IMG/VR virus record: IMGVR_UViG_3300032167_000278 | Origin: a virus | Length of the DNA stretch: 43,015 bases | Strand: one strand, 5' to 3' | Shown here: positions 25,640 to 34,028 of the stretch, in pieces | How positions within the stretch are numbered: the stretch's first letter is position 1 | How the letters are laid out: each line of letters begins with the position of its first letter | Made by a program: the position numbers and the translations under genes | Notes under the pieces: generated by a model | Seen by the model: only the letters and a program-made list of their open reading frames with translations | Database searches by the model: none | Told to the model about the DNA's origin: nothing

Positions 25640-26032
25640 TTACGCGGTTATTGTTGCGGCAATACCAAGTTTTTTATACAAGGATTCCTGCAATGTTTGA
25701 CTAAAATTGATTGCAGCTTTTTCAGCGCGAGCAGAAAGCCATTCTGGAAGAGTTACATTTTTTCTTACAAACTTGCCGCTGTTTGATATATCGCAGGAAA
25801 TGTAAGTTGAAAAATCACCTTCCTTTGCATGAATACTTGTGATTGTGCTTGCTTCTGGAAGATTGCCGCCTTTTTCAAGAACTGAAATGACATAACCTTC
25901 AAGAGCTTCTTTTGCATTTTCCACAATCTCTAATTCTGTATCACCCTGCGAGAAGCAACCGTCCAAATCTGGAAATTCACACCAATAGCCGCCGTCTTCA
26001 AAGTGGCAGATTGCCGGATAAACAATATTCAT
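25640..26032 (-). CDS. hicB: HicB-family antitoxin
   Basis: N-terminal HicB fold (YPAICHFEDGGYWCEFPDLDGCFSQGDTELE) and C-terminal RHH-like segment. Downstream of hicA. Confidence 0.8.
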   Translation of the reverse strand: MNIVYPAICHFEDGGYWCEFPDLDGCFSQGDTELEIVENAKEALEGYVISVLEKGGNLPEASTITSIHAKEGDFSTYISCDISNSGKFVRKNVTLPEWLSARAEKAAINFSQTLQESLYKKLGIAATITA

Positions 26033-26071
26033 AAATCTATACTCCTTGCGGGCTTACGCCCGCATTTGCTT

Positions 26072-26248
26072 TTACTTTAGACCCGCTTTCTTTAGGATTG
26101 CGGTTTCTAACCCTTTTTTCATATCCTTGCCGTGGATTGGCAGGGATATTGTCTGATTGTCTTTTACCAAGATGTAGTGGCTGCCGTTTATTCGGTCTAG
26201 CAACCAGCCATCCTTTTGTAAAAGACTTAAAAGCTCTTTGTCTTTCAT
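26072..26248 (-). CDS. hicA: HicA-family mRNA interferase toxin
   Basis: MKDKELLSLLQKDGWLLDRINGSHYILVKD...ISLPIHGKDMKKG.. is typical of HicA. Start moved to ATG 26248 because the upstream track codons overlap the promoter. Confidence 0.8.
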   Translation of the reverse strand: MKDKELLSLLQKDGWLLDRINGSHYILVKDNQTISLPIHGKDMKKGLETAILKKAGLK

Positions 26249-26254
26249 ACTTAT

Positions 26255-26283
26255 AATATAATACGCATTATGCGTATTGTCAA
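26255..26283 (-). promoter_or_regulatory. Consensus sigma-70 promoter of hicAB with a palindromic operator in the spacer
   Basis: Minus strand: TTGACA, then a 17-nt spacer (ATACGCA-TAA-TGCGTAT), then TATATT. The ATG lies only 6 nt after the -10. Confidence 0.65.
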
Positions 26284-26314
26284 GAGGAAAAACAAAAAAT
26301 ATTTGCAAAAAAAA

Positions 26315-26334
26315 GACTACTCACGTGAGTAGTC
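26315..26334. repeat. CACGTG palindrome copy 3 (GACTACTCACGTGAGTAGTC) flanked by A-runs on both sides
   Basis: On the minus strand it is followed by TTTTTTTT, so it is terminator-like after the XRE gene. Confidence 0.85.
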
Positions 26335-26345
26335 AGAAAAAAAAG

Positions 26346-26564
26346 TTAAATAATCGGGTGACCTGTTGCGTTGTCGATAAACTTTATTTCAAGGTGCGAA
26401 TCCAAAGCAGCGGCAATTTTTTCAAGTTCGGAAGTCTTAAAATTATTGTTGCGCATTTTATTTGTAAGATTCTGCTGTGTCTGTTCCGTTTTTTCGGAAA
26501 GTTCCTTCATTTGCATATTATTTCGTTCTATGCAACACATTCTAATATACTTTGCTATATCCAT
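26346..26564 (-). CDS. XRE-family helix-turn-helix regulator
   Basis: 72 aa. MQMKELSEKTEQTQQNLTNKMRNNNFKTSELEKIAAAL is an HTH_XRE-type pattern. Confidence 0.65.
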   Translation of the reverse strand: MDIAKYIRMCCIERNNMQMKELSEKTEQTQQNLTNKMRNNNFKTSELEKIAAALDSHLEIKFIDNATGHPII

Positions 26565-26626
26565 AATCTAAATAGTAAACAAAAAAATTAAATAAATCAA
26601 TAAAAATTATAAAAATTACACAAAGT

Positions 26627-26675
26627 AATTTAATTTTACATTGACAAATTAAACGAAATAATGTAATATTAAATT
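26627..26675. promoter_or_regulatory. Operator-like 14-bp inverted repeat bracketing the rightward promoter
   Basis: AATTTAATTTTACA (26627-26640) against TGTAATATTAAATT (26662-26675), 13/14 complementary, arms 21 bp apart. Confidence 0.55.
26641..26669 (+). promoter_or_regulatory. Sigma-70-type promoter for the ardC transcription unit
   Basis: TTGACA (26641-26646), 17-nt spacer, TAATAT (26664-26669). Confidence 0.6.
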
Positions 26676-26714
26676 ATCAAGTGAAACAAAGCGGAAAACA
26701 CTAATTAAAGGGGT

Positions 26715-27560
26715 ATGAATATGACAGTTTATGAAATCGTAACAGACAAAATCATCAAGCAGATGGAAAAGGGAATTATTCCGTGGCACAAACCATGTCA
26801 TGGCGGAATGGCAAAATTCAACCGCGTAAGCAAAAAAGGCTATTCTGTTTTGAACCAGCTTCTTTTGCCTTTTGACGGCGAATATGCAACGCTCAAACAG
26901 TGGAATGAGCTTGGCGGCAAGGTTAAGGCAGGGGAAAAGGGAAACATTGTTACTTACTGGAATTTCATCAATAAGACCGAAAAGCAGGAAGATGGAACTG
27001 AAAAGGTAAAATCTTTTCCGATTCTTCGCTATTACACTGTTTTTCACATTTCACAAGTCGAGGGCGTTGAACCTCTTAAAAACATCGACTTTGCCAATAT
27101 GGAAGTTGAAAGCGCAGAAGACGTAAAGAACACTTACTTTGAGCGTGAAAGCTGCCGCCTTTTCGTGGAGAAATCAGATCGCGCATACTACAGCCCTTCT
27201 TTTGATGAAGTTCACGTGCCGGAACTGAATCAGTTTGAAAACAGCGATGAATTTTATTTAACCTTGTTTCACGAAATGACACATTCAACAGGCGCGGCAA
27301 TCAGACTTGACCGCCTTTCAAGCACTGCTTTCTTCGGCAACGAGGATTACAGCAAAGAAGAACTTGTTGCAGAAATCGGAAGCGCAATGCTCTCAAGTGT
27401 TGCCGGACTGAACACAGAAAAGACTTTCAACAATTCAGTTGCTTACTTGCAGAGCTGGCTTAGAGTTCTTAAAAACGATCCGCGCATGATTGTAAGCGCG
27501 GCAAGCAAGGCTGAAAAAGCTGTTGATTATATTCTGTACGGAACAAAAGAAGCGGCATAA
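26715..27560 (+). CDS. ardC: ArdC-like antirestriction protein (ssDNA-binding N-domain + zincin metalloprotease)
   Basis: N-terminus IIKQMEKGIIPWHKP...YSVLNQLLL...ATLKQWNELGGKVKAGEKG. C-terminal HEMTH (HExxH). ATG 26721 has better RBS spacing and may be the true start. Confidence 0.75.
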   Translation: MNMTVYEIVTDKIIKQMEKGIIPWHKPCHGGMAKFNRVSKKGYSVLNQLLLPFDGEYATLKQWNELGGKVKAGEKGNIVTYWNFINKTEKQEDGTEKVKSFPILRYYTVFHISQVEGVEPLKNIDFANMEVESAEDVKNTYFERESCRLFVEKSDRAYYSPSFDEVHVPELNQFENSDEFYLTLFHEMTHSTGAAIRLDRLSSTAFFGNEDYSKEELVAEIGSAMLSSVAGLNTEKTFNNSVAYLQSWLRVLKNDPRMIVSAASKAEKAVDYILYGTKEAA

Positions 27561-27568
27561 AAAAAAAC

Positions 27569-27590
27569 TGGCAGGGCAGCCGCCCTGCCA
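27569..27590. terminator. GC-rich hairpin after ardC (9-bp stem tggcagggc/gccctgcca, loop agcc)
   Basis: Preceded by an A-run on the plus strand (a T-run on the minus strand). There is no T-run on the plus side, so its orientation as a terminator is ambiguous. Confidence 0.45.
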
Positions 27591-27652
27591 TGCAACTTCA
27601 CGAAAAATCAAAGGTGTTACCAGATTGTTTAACCGCTAAAAAGTTTTATTTA

Positions 27653-27670
27653 TCGGTATAGCGATAGTTT
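27653..27670 (+). promoter_or_regulatory. Late-promoter-like motif copy 3 (TCGGTATAGCGATAGTTT, 2-nt insertion variant)
   Basis: 36 nt upstream of the ATG at 27707. Confidence 0.45.
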
Positions 27671-27706
27671 AGCCGTAATAATAACATTTATGCAGAGGTT
27701 CAAAAC

Positions 27707-27979
27707 ATGAAGGCAGAATTATCTTATATTCCGAATGTTCACACGATGGAATATGCAATGGCAAAAGAACGCGCTGATTTTATCGAAAAGCAATCGGACA
27801 AAATAGCTTTAAGGGCAATAGACAGAAACGGCTTGATGGTCGGCAGGGAATTTGGCGATTACAAATCTGCCGTTGACATGGCGCGTGATTACTGGATTAA
27901 GGGCTTTTTGTATGTAGAAGCATTCAGCTTGGACGGCAAAAAATTTGTGCTGCATTATCACGGGGTAAGGACGTACTGA
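27707..27979 (+). CDS. Hypothetical protein
   Basis: 90-aa ORF with RBS agaggt, directly upstream of the C5 methyltransferase. Confidence 0.5.
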   Translation: MKAELSYIPNVHTMEYAMAKERADFIEKQSDKIALRAIDRNGLMVGREFGDYKSAVDMARDYWIKGFLYVEAFSLDGKKFVLHYHGVRTY

Positions 27980-27985
27980 AAAAAA

Positions 27986-29347
27986 ATGGGCAAACTTAAT
28001 ATTGTTGATATGTTCTGCGGTGGCGGTGGTGAATCTACAGGACTTATAGAAGCTGCGCATGATTATAATTTTGATGTAAACATGAGCGCAATTAACCACT
28101 GGGAAAGAGCGATTGAAACGCATTCAAAGAATTATCCTTTTGCGGAACACCGTTGCGAAAATGTGCAACACATACAGCCGCAAACGCTGAAGGCAAGCAA
28201 AAACACTGATTTAATGTGGGCAAGTCCCGGATGTCAGCATTTTTCAACGGCCAGAGGTGGCAAACCGCGTTCTGAAGATATGAGGTCGCCAGCATGGGAA
28301 GTGCTTAGATTTGCAGAAGAACTTAGACCAAAAAGAATTATTATTGAGAATGTGCCGGAATTCAGAACATGGGGGCCGTTAGATCCAGAAGGAAAAATAA
28401 TAAAAGAATGCAAGGGAAAAACTTTTGACGCTTTTATTTCCGGCTTGCGGTCGCTGAATTATATTGTTGATTGGCAGGTTTTGTGCGCTGCTGATTATGG
28501 TGCGCCTACTTCAAGAAGACGGCTTTTTATTCAAGCTGTAAGAAAAGATTGCGGCAAGCAGATTTTGTGGCCGGAACCAACGAATGTAAAAGGCGGTGAT
28601 TTGATTTTACCAAACTGGCATAGCGCAGCGGAAATAATAGACTGGTCGATTCCTAGTCAAATTATCAGCCAGAGAAAAAAGCCATTAGCAGCGGCAACAA
28701 TGCGGCGTATTGAATACGGGATTAAAGAATTCTGGGGAGATTCAGCCGTTCCTTTTATCGCTCGACTGTACGGACAATCTAAAGCCGAAAGTATAGAAAA
28801 ACCGCTTTCAACAATTTCTTGCAGCGGCGCACATCACATGCTTATTACACCCTTTTTATGCAGATACAACAAAGGAAACAACAGAGTTCATTCAATCAAT
28901 GAACCAGTTTCTACCCTTGACTGTTCAAATAGATACGGGCTTGTAGAACCTTTTATTTCCGCTATCGGCCAAACATCCGCACGGCAGAGAAACAGAAGAT
29001 TGAATGAGCCGCTTTCTACAATCTGCACAAAACAGGAACATTGCCTGGTTTCGCCAATGCTGATTCAGTATTACGGAAACGGCCACGCTGTTTCATTAAA
29101 AGAGCCGATTCCAACACTTACAACAAAAGACAGATACGCACTTATTGGAACTGATAAATACGGAATTGAACTAGGCTTTAGGATGCTGCAACCGAAAGAA
29201 CTTGCGGCGGCTACAGGATTCCCGGAAGACTATATTTTTACAGGCACAAAAGTTGATGTTGTCAAACAGATAGGAAATGCCGTACCGCCTAATTTTGCGC
29301 GGGCATTGTTCGGGCAGATTCTCAAAGAATCAATAAATGAAAAATGA
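27986..29347 (+). CDS. DNA cytosine-5 methyltransferase
   Basis: Motif I DMFCGGGG, motif IV SPGCQHFS, motif VI IIIENVPEF, motif X QIGNAVPP. Confidence 0.85.
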   Translation: MGKLNIVDMFCGGGGESTGLIEAAHDYNFDVNMSAINHWERAIETHSKNYPFAEHRCENVQHIQPQTLKASKNTDLMWASPGCQHFSTARGGKPRSEDMRSPAWEVLRFAEELRPKRIIIENVPEFRTWGPLDPEGKIIKECKGKTFDAFISGLRSLNYIVDWQVLCAADYGAPTSRRRLFIQAVRKDCGKQILWPEPTNVKGGDLILPNWHSAAEIIDWSIPSQIISQRKKPLAAATMRRIEYGIKEFWGDSAVPFIARLYGQSKAESIEKPLSTISCSGAHHMLITPFLCRYNKGNNRVHSINEPVSTLDCSNRYGLVEPFISAIGQTSARQRNRRLNEPLSTICTKQEHCLVSPMLIQYYGNGHAVSLKEPIPTLTTKDRYALIGTDKYGIELGFRMLQPKELAAATGFPEDYIFTGTKVDVVKQIGNAVPPNFARALFGQILKESINEK

Positions 29348-29381
29348 TTGACACTTTTCTAGTTGTGGATAAAATAAAGGC

Positions 29382-29594
29382 ATGACAAAGACAGATGGCG
29401 AAAAGACTAAGAAGAGCGGGCGCGGCGGTGCAAGACCTGGAGCGGGAAGAAAACCGACCGGGTCGCTTAAAATTCAAATCCGGGTAAGTTCGGAAGAAAT
29501 GGAGCTGATTAAAAAGGCTGCAAGTGAAAGCGGAATTGCTACGGCAAAGTTCTGTAAAAACGCGGTTATGGAAAATATAAAACACTCTTTTTGA
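29382..29594 (+). CDS. Small ribbon-helix-helix-like DNA-binding protein
   Basis: 70 aa. Basic GRGGARPGAGRKP tail followed by IQIRVSSEEMELIKKAA (RHH beta-strand/helix pattern). Confidence 0.5.
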   Translation: MTKTDGEKTKKSGRGGARPGAGRKPTGSLKIQIRVSSEEMELIKKAASESGIATAKFCKNAVMENIKHSF

Positions 29595-29673
29595 TTGTTG
29601 ATTATTTGTTGAAAACTTAATTAAGCGGCGATATTTGGATATTTTAAGCCGTGGACAAATCAAACTTTTACTA

Positions 29674-29701
29674 GGGCTATTACTCACGTGAGTAGTAGCC
29701 C
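29674..29701 (+). terminator. CACGTG palindrome copy 4 (28-bp, one T/C mismatch) followed by TTTTTCTTTTT
   Basis: GGGCTATTACTCACGTGAGTAGTAGCCC, then a T-run. It ends the methyltransferase/RHH unit, 10 nt before late motif copy 4. Confidence 0.7.
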
Positions 29702-29711
29702 TTTTTCTTTT

Positions 29712-29727
29712 TCGGTATAGCGAGTTT
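29712..29727 (+). promoter_or_regulatory. Late-promoter-like motif copy 4 (TCGGTATAGCGAGTTT)
   Basis: 26 nt upstream of the ATG at 29754. Confidence 0.55.
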
Positions 29728-29753
29728 GAGCGGGTGGCGGTTATTCTTGAACT

Positions 29754-30062
29754 ATGTTATTACCGGGCGCAGAAAAATACCTTAACAAAGACAGCCGCGA
29801 TTTATGGACTGAACAGCTTGCAAACGACAGGCTGATTCTAGGCGAGATTGACGCGGCCATTGCTTATTTTAATTCGCCGGAAGGCGCGGACGGAATCGCC
29901 GAATACACGATTGACACCGGGCAGGACAGGCAGACGGTGAAAAGAACTGATATTAGCAATTTAATGAGCTGGCGGTCAAAGCTGATTGCAGAGATTGCAC
30001 AGCTTGAACGGTCGCTGGGCATGAACGGATGCGCGGCACGGCGTATTGTTCCGGGGTTTTAA
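29754..30062 (+). CDS. gpW-like head-tail joining protein
   Basis: C-terminus ...QDRQTVKRTDISNLMSWRSKLIAEIAQLERSLG....ARRIVPGF parallels lambda gpW. Lies directly upstream of the portal gene. Confidence 0.6.
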   Translation: MLLPGAEKYLNKDSRDLWTEQLANDRLILGEIDAAIAYFNSPEGADGIAEYTIDTGQDRQTVKRTDISNLMSWRSKLIAEIAQLERSLGMNGCAARRIVPGF

Positions 30063-31715
30063 ATGATTGAAAAGACACTTGATAATTACAACCTGTATTT
30101 AATGGATTTAGCGCAGGATGCCTGGAACGGTTCAAAGTTTGAAGGAAGTTTCGGGCCAATTACTGATTTTGTTTTTGTTGATTACTGGACGCTGCGCAAG
30201 CGTTCTTTGCGTTTATTCAAAGAAAACCTGTACGCAAAAGGTATTATCCGCCGTTTACTTTGGAATGAGATTCACACGGGGCTTGTTGCGGCCCCTATGC
30301 CTGTTGGTTCTGTCATCTGGTCAAAAAAGAGCGAAGACGAACAGGAAGAAAAAGCCACTGATTACGCAGAAAAATTTTCCACAGAGTTTGATTTATACGC
30401 TTCTACCCCGGCAGTTTTTGACTGGGGCAAAAAACAGAATTTTGGAGCGTTCCAGGAACAAGTTCGCTTTGAAAGCCTGGTATGCGGCGACGGTATCATT
30501 ATTTCACGCATTGACAATAAAACAGGTTTACCGCGCTGGCAGTGGGTAAACGGCGACAACATAAGAACGCCGGATAATTACACACCAAAAGGCGGCAACT
30601 GGATTAAACACGGCGTAGAGTTTGACAAATACGGAAAAAAGGTTGCTTTTCATATTCGTACTGAAATTAACGGCGATGTTCATTTTGAGCGTGTACCGAC
30701 AAGGGGCGAAAAATCGGGGCGGCTTATAAGCTGGATGGTTTACGGAAGCGAAACACTGCTTGACGATACCAGGGGCGAACCGTTTTTGGCTGATACGCTT
30801 TATATGCTTAAAGAACTTGACCGCTACCGCGACGCCGAAACACGCGCCGCGGTCATTAACGCTATGCTTGCCTTCTTTGTGGAGCGTTCGCAGGAAAGCG
30901 CAAAAGGCGCAAGACCTAGCGACGGCCTGGCACGGTTACGCCCTACGGTTGGAACTACACCTGCTGAACCAAAAGATTACAACCCATTTCCAGATAAAAA
31001 AATTGGCGATGATTTGCGGGAAATGAAGCCGGGAACCTTCTTTGATGATTTGGATCCGGGCCAGAAGATTGTAAGCCCTGCAACAAACCGCCCTAATGTG
31101 AATTACCGCACTTTTGAAGAAGCTATTATTTCCGGGCTTGCATGGACGCACGGAATTCCGCCGGAAATCTTGATGCTGAAATTTGGCAACAACTATTCAG
31201 CTTCAAGACAGGCAAACAATGAATTTGAAGTTTACCTTAGCCGTCAGATTAAAAAGAACGCAGATACTTTTTGCCAAAATATCTACAACGCTTTTATTAC
31301 ACAGGCAATTTTACAAGGTCAGCTTGACGCGCCGGGATTTTTGCAGGCTTACGGCGATGTTGCAAAATGGCGGGTTATTTCTGCTTGGCTTCAATGCACA
31401 TGGCTTGGACTTAGCCGCCCTAGCGTTGACCGCGAAAAAGAAATCAGAGCCAGCCAACTTGCCGTTGATAACGGATTTTCTACTTTTGACAAAGAAGCAT
31501 TACGCAATAGCGGCATGACGTTAAAACAGGTTTTGCAACAACAGAAAAAAGAGCGGGCTTTGATGAAGCGCACGGGCTTTATTCCGCACGTGGACGAAAA
31601 CAACAACGGAGAGCCAGTTTATACGGACATTGACGCGGAACCAATTAACGATGAAAGCGAGCTGAACGGAAGTTCAAGCCCTTCTTCTGAAGGCGGCACA
31701 GGGGGCAAAGAATGA
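30063..31715 (+). CDS. Portal protein (lambda gpB family)
   Basis: 550 aa, position gpW-portal, acidic C-terminus. Confidence 0.75.
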   Translation: MIEKTLDNYNLYLMDLAQDAWNGSKFEGSFGPITDFVFVDYWTLRKRSLRLFKENLYAKGIIRRLLWNEIHTGLVAAPMPVGSVIWSKKSEDEQEEKATDYAEKFSTEFDLYASTPAVFDWGKKQNFGAFQEQVRFESLVCGDGIIISRIDNKTGLPRWQWVNGDNIRTPDNYTPKGGNWIKHGVEFDKYGKKVAFHIRTEINGDVHFERVPTRGEKSGRLISWMVYGSETLLDDTRGEPFLADTLYMLKELDRYRDAETRAAVINAMLAFFVERSQESAKGARPSDGLARLRPTVGTTPAEPKDYNPFPDKKIGDDLREMKPGTFFDDLDPGQKIVSPATNRPNVNYRTFEEAIISGLAWTHGIPPEILMLKFGNNYSASRQANNEFEVYLSRQIKKNADTFCQNIYNAFITQAILQGQLDAPGFLQAYGDVAKWRVISAWLQCTWLGLSRPSVDREKEIRASQLAVDNGFSTFDKEALRNSGMTLKQVLQQQKKERALMKRTGFIPHVDENNNGEPVYTDIDAEPINDESELNGSSSPSSEGGTGGKE

Positions 31716-32143
31716 ACGGCATGGAAGATTTGATTGTAAAAGAGCCGGAAGACAAGGCACTTGAACAGATGGAAAAACAGCAGCTTGTAAGTGTGATTAT
31801 TGACCAGCAAAAAGAGCTTAACAGGATGCGCGGACTTCTGGAGCTGGAAAAGAAAAACAGTGAGCGATACAGAAACGGTTATTACACGCTTGCACATTTT
31901 GACTGGATGATTACGAATGAGCGGCTTAAAAAAGAATGGCGGGATGCGAAAGTTACGCCGCCGAATGACAGTTCTATGAAGTGGGTTTGTTCCGAAGGCG
32001 GCGTTGAAGTTCCGGCTTTTTATGACGGTGAAAACTGGTGGACTGAAAAGCATGAAAAAGTTAATGCGATGGTGTGGCAGCATTTGCCGCATTACGTGAA
32101 GAAAATTTTAGACAAAGAGGTTAAGCAATGTGGGAAGCAATAA
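31712..32143 (+). CDS. Hypothetical protein (possible DUF551-like C-terminus)
   Basis: 143-aa ORF overlapping the portal stop by 4 nt. Confidence 0.45.
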   Translation: MNGMEDLIVKEPEDKALEQMEKQQLVSVIIDQQKELNRMRGLLELEKKNSERYRNGYYTLAHFDWMITNERLKKEWRDAKVTPPNDSSMKWVCSEGGVEVPAFYDGENWWTEKHEKVNAMVWQHLPHYVKKILDKEVKQCGKQ

Positions 32144-32613
32144 GCACAGTTTTGACAAGTAAAAATACATGGATGGTACTTGTGTTTTTAGCCGTGCTTA
32201 TTGCGTTGATTGCTTTTCTTGCAAAAGTCGGACTGATAACAATTCACACTAAAGCTGTAAAGATTGGTGAGGATCAAAAAGAGCGGGAAATTATAAGGCA
32301 ACAAGTGGAATGGGCGCATTTGTTCATTATGAGCTTGCGGTCAAAAATCATAACAGACGAAAGCGAGTACAACGGATATTTTACAAAATATATTCTTGAA
32401 CGGTGTTATGACAAGGTTGTGGAATGGATAACCTTTAACCATTTGAACACAAAAACCGCCTACATCGAAATTAAACAGGAAGAAATCTGTTCCCTGGTTT
32501 ACGGGCTGGGCGTGAAAGAAGAATTCAAGACGGCGGAATTTAAACACAGGATGCAAAACTGGACGCAGGAACTTATAGAACATCTTGTAAAAATACGCGA
32601 GGTGTACAAGTGA
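32128..32613 (+). CDS. Membrane-anchored hypothetical protein
   Basis: N-terminal TM segment WMVLVFLAVLIALIAFLAKVGLI. RBS aaagagg. Confidence 0.5.
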   Translation: MWEAISTVLTSKNTWMVLVFLAVLIALIAFLAKVGLITIHTKAVKIGEDQKEREIIRQQVEWAHLFIMSLRSKIITDESEYNGYFTKYILERCYDKVVEWITFNHLNTKTAYIEIKQEEICSLVYGLGVKEEFKTAEFKHRMQNWTQELIEHLVKIREVYK

Positions 32614-32618
32614 ATCTC

Positions 32619-32638
32619 AACTACTCACGTGAGTAGTT
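32619..32638. repeat. CACGTG palindrome copy 5 (AACTACTCACGTGAGTAGTT)
   Basis: Intergenic, with no convincing T-run after it (taaatctttt). Confidence 0.85.
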
Positions 32639-32665
32639 TAAATCTTTTAAAAGCGAGGTGCAAAA

Positions 32666-32965
32666 ATGAGCGAAGAAAAAGAAAGCGGAACTGGCGAAAA
32701 AGAGAAAGCAAGTAAATTTCAAAGCAGGAAATTTCTTGTCTGGATTGTCTGGGGTGTGATTACTTTTGTTGTTGCTGTCGTTGTTATTATTTGCTGCATA
32801 AAAAACATTTTGGAAGCAAAGACTGCGATTGAGCTTTTAACAGCTGCAATACAGGATTTTTTCTACATTTCACTTTTGTATCTTGGTGTAAATGCCGGAC
32901 AAAAAATCGGTTTTGCAGTGAGTGATGCCATTGCAAGCAAATCTTCAAATAACGAAGAAAGATGA
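32666..32965 (+). CDS. Holin candidate (two TM segments)
   Basis: 99 aa. TM1 FLVWIVWGVITFVVAVVVIICCI, TM2 FFYISLLYLGVNAGQKIGFAV. First gene of the lysis cluster. Confidence 0.5.
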   Translation: MSEEKESGTGEKEKASKFQSRKFLVWIVWGVITFVVAVVVIICCIKNILEAKTAIELLTAAIQDFFYISLLYLGVNAGQKIGFAVSDAIASKSSNNEER

Positions 32966-33078
32966 TTGGGCTGATTTTAGGAATTATTCTTTGTATTTTT
33001 TTTGGCTTCTTTGCGATTGGCGCAATGGTGCTAAATTACGAAGAACACGAAAGAAGAAGGAAAAAGAAAAATGATTAA
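32962..33078 (+). CDS. Small single-TM protein (38 aa, below the ORF-track cutoff)
   Basis: Hand-translated MIGLILGIILCIFFGFFAIGAMVLNYEEHERRRKKKND. ATGA-coupled upstream and overlaps the next start. Confidence 0.4.
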   Translation: MIGLILGIILCIFFGFFAIGAMVLNYEEHERRRKKKND

Positions 33079-33352
33079 GTTTTTTTTGATTTTAACGGCG
33101 GTGCTTTTCGTTGGGATTTTGTTACTTTTCTTTTTGTGGCGGATTGAAAAGACAAAGCGAAAAGAAACACAGGGCAAACTTGAAAGCACAAACAAGGAAC
33201 TTGCAAGGGCTATTGCTGAACAGGCAAAACTTGAAAGTACGATTCGGATTTTAAGAAAAAACAGGAAGGAAGCGGATGAAAAAATCAATAATTTGCATGA
33301 CGGCGATACTCTTGGCAACGCTCTTAACGGGCTGCACAAGCACAAAAATTGA
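33071..33352 (+). CDS. i-spanin candidate (Rz-like: N-terminal TM + coiled coil)
   Basis: FFLILTAVLFVGILLLFFL followed by a charged helical region. Confidence 0.55.
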   Translation: MIKFFLILTAVLFVGILLLFFLWRIEKTKRKETQGKLESTNKELARAIAEQAKLESTIRILRKNRKEADEKINNLHDGDTLGNALNGLHKHKN

Positions 33353-33563
33353 GTACATCGAAAAACCTTATTTGCCGGAATTAAACTTCCCTTCTTTTCC
33401 TGGATTGTACGGCGATGTAAGAAACCCGGACGATACAGTTACCGTGCCGGGCGAATGGATTATACAGCTTAGGGAATTTCAGATCCGTTATGAAGAAACA
33501 GAAAACGATTACAACGATTTGAAAGCGTTGTATGAAGGCAATTCTGAAGAAAAAGCAAAATAA
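33276..33563 (+). CDS. o-spanin candidate (Rz1-like lipoprotein), overlapping the i-spanin 3' end in another frame
   Basis: Signal peptide with lipobox MKKSIICMTAILLATLLTGC. RBS aggaagga. Confidence 0.6.
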   Translation: MKKSIICMTAILLATLLTGCTSTKIEYIEKPYLPELNFPSFPGLYGDVRNPDDTVTVPGEWIIQLREFQIRYEETENDYNDLKALYEGNSEEKAK

Positions 33564-33576
33564 AGTGAGGTGAAAA

Positions 33577-33972
33577 ATGGCTATCAGTTTGACGCAGTTT
33601 ATTAAAAAGTATCTTGGAACAAAAGTTGATTTTGACGGAAAATTCGGGCCACAGTGCGTAGATCTTGCACGACAGTATTACAGCGAAGTTCTGGAAGTTC
33701 CGCAATTTCCGCCTGTTGAAGGTGCAAAAGACATTATTAAAAACCCTGGCAAGCTGAAAGTCATAAAAGAAGATGCGCTTGCGGATTATTCCAGCGGAGA
33801 CATTCTAGTCTGGGGCGCGAGCAAAACAAACAAATACGGCCATGTTGCAATTCTTGTTTCAATCTACAACACAAAATATTTTATTGTTCTGGAACAAGAT
33901 GGATTCAAACAGGATGGCTGCAAGCTGGCATTCAGAAGCCGTGAAAATCTTTTGGGCGGTTTGTACAAGTAA
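33577..33972 (+). CDS. CHAP-domain endolysin
   Basis: FGPQCVDLARQYY (catalytic Cys) and YGHVAILV (His). Confidence 0.7.
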   Translation: MAISLTQFIKKYLGTKVDFDGKFGPQCVDLARQYYSEVLEVPQFPPVEGAKDIIKNPGKLKVIKEDALADYSSGDILVWGASKTNKYGHVAILVSIYNTKYFIVLEQDGFKQDGCKLAFRSRENLLGGLYK

Positions 33973-34028
33973 ATTGCGGGCGTTGCCTGTAAATAATAAA
34001 AAATGCCCTAAATGGGCAGGGGGTAAAA

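Noticed and set aside
26649-27047. 132-aa minus-strand ORF overlapping the ardC start and promoter
   Set aside because: It overlaps a strongly supported ArdC-like gene and its consensus promoter, and its composition looks like antisense sequence.
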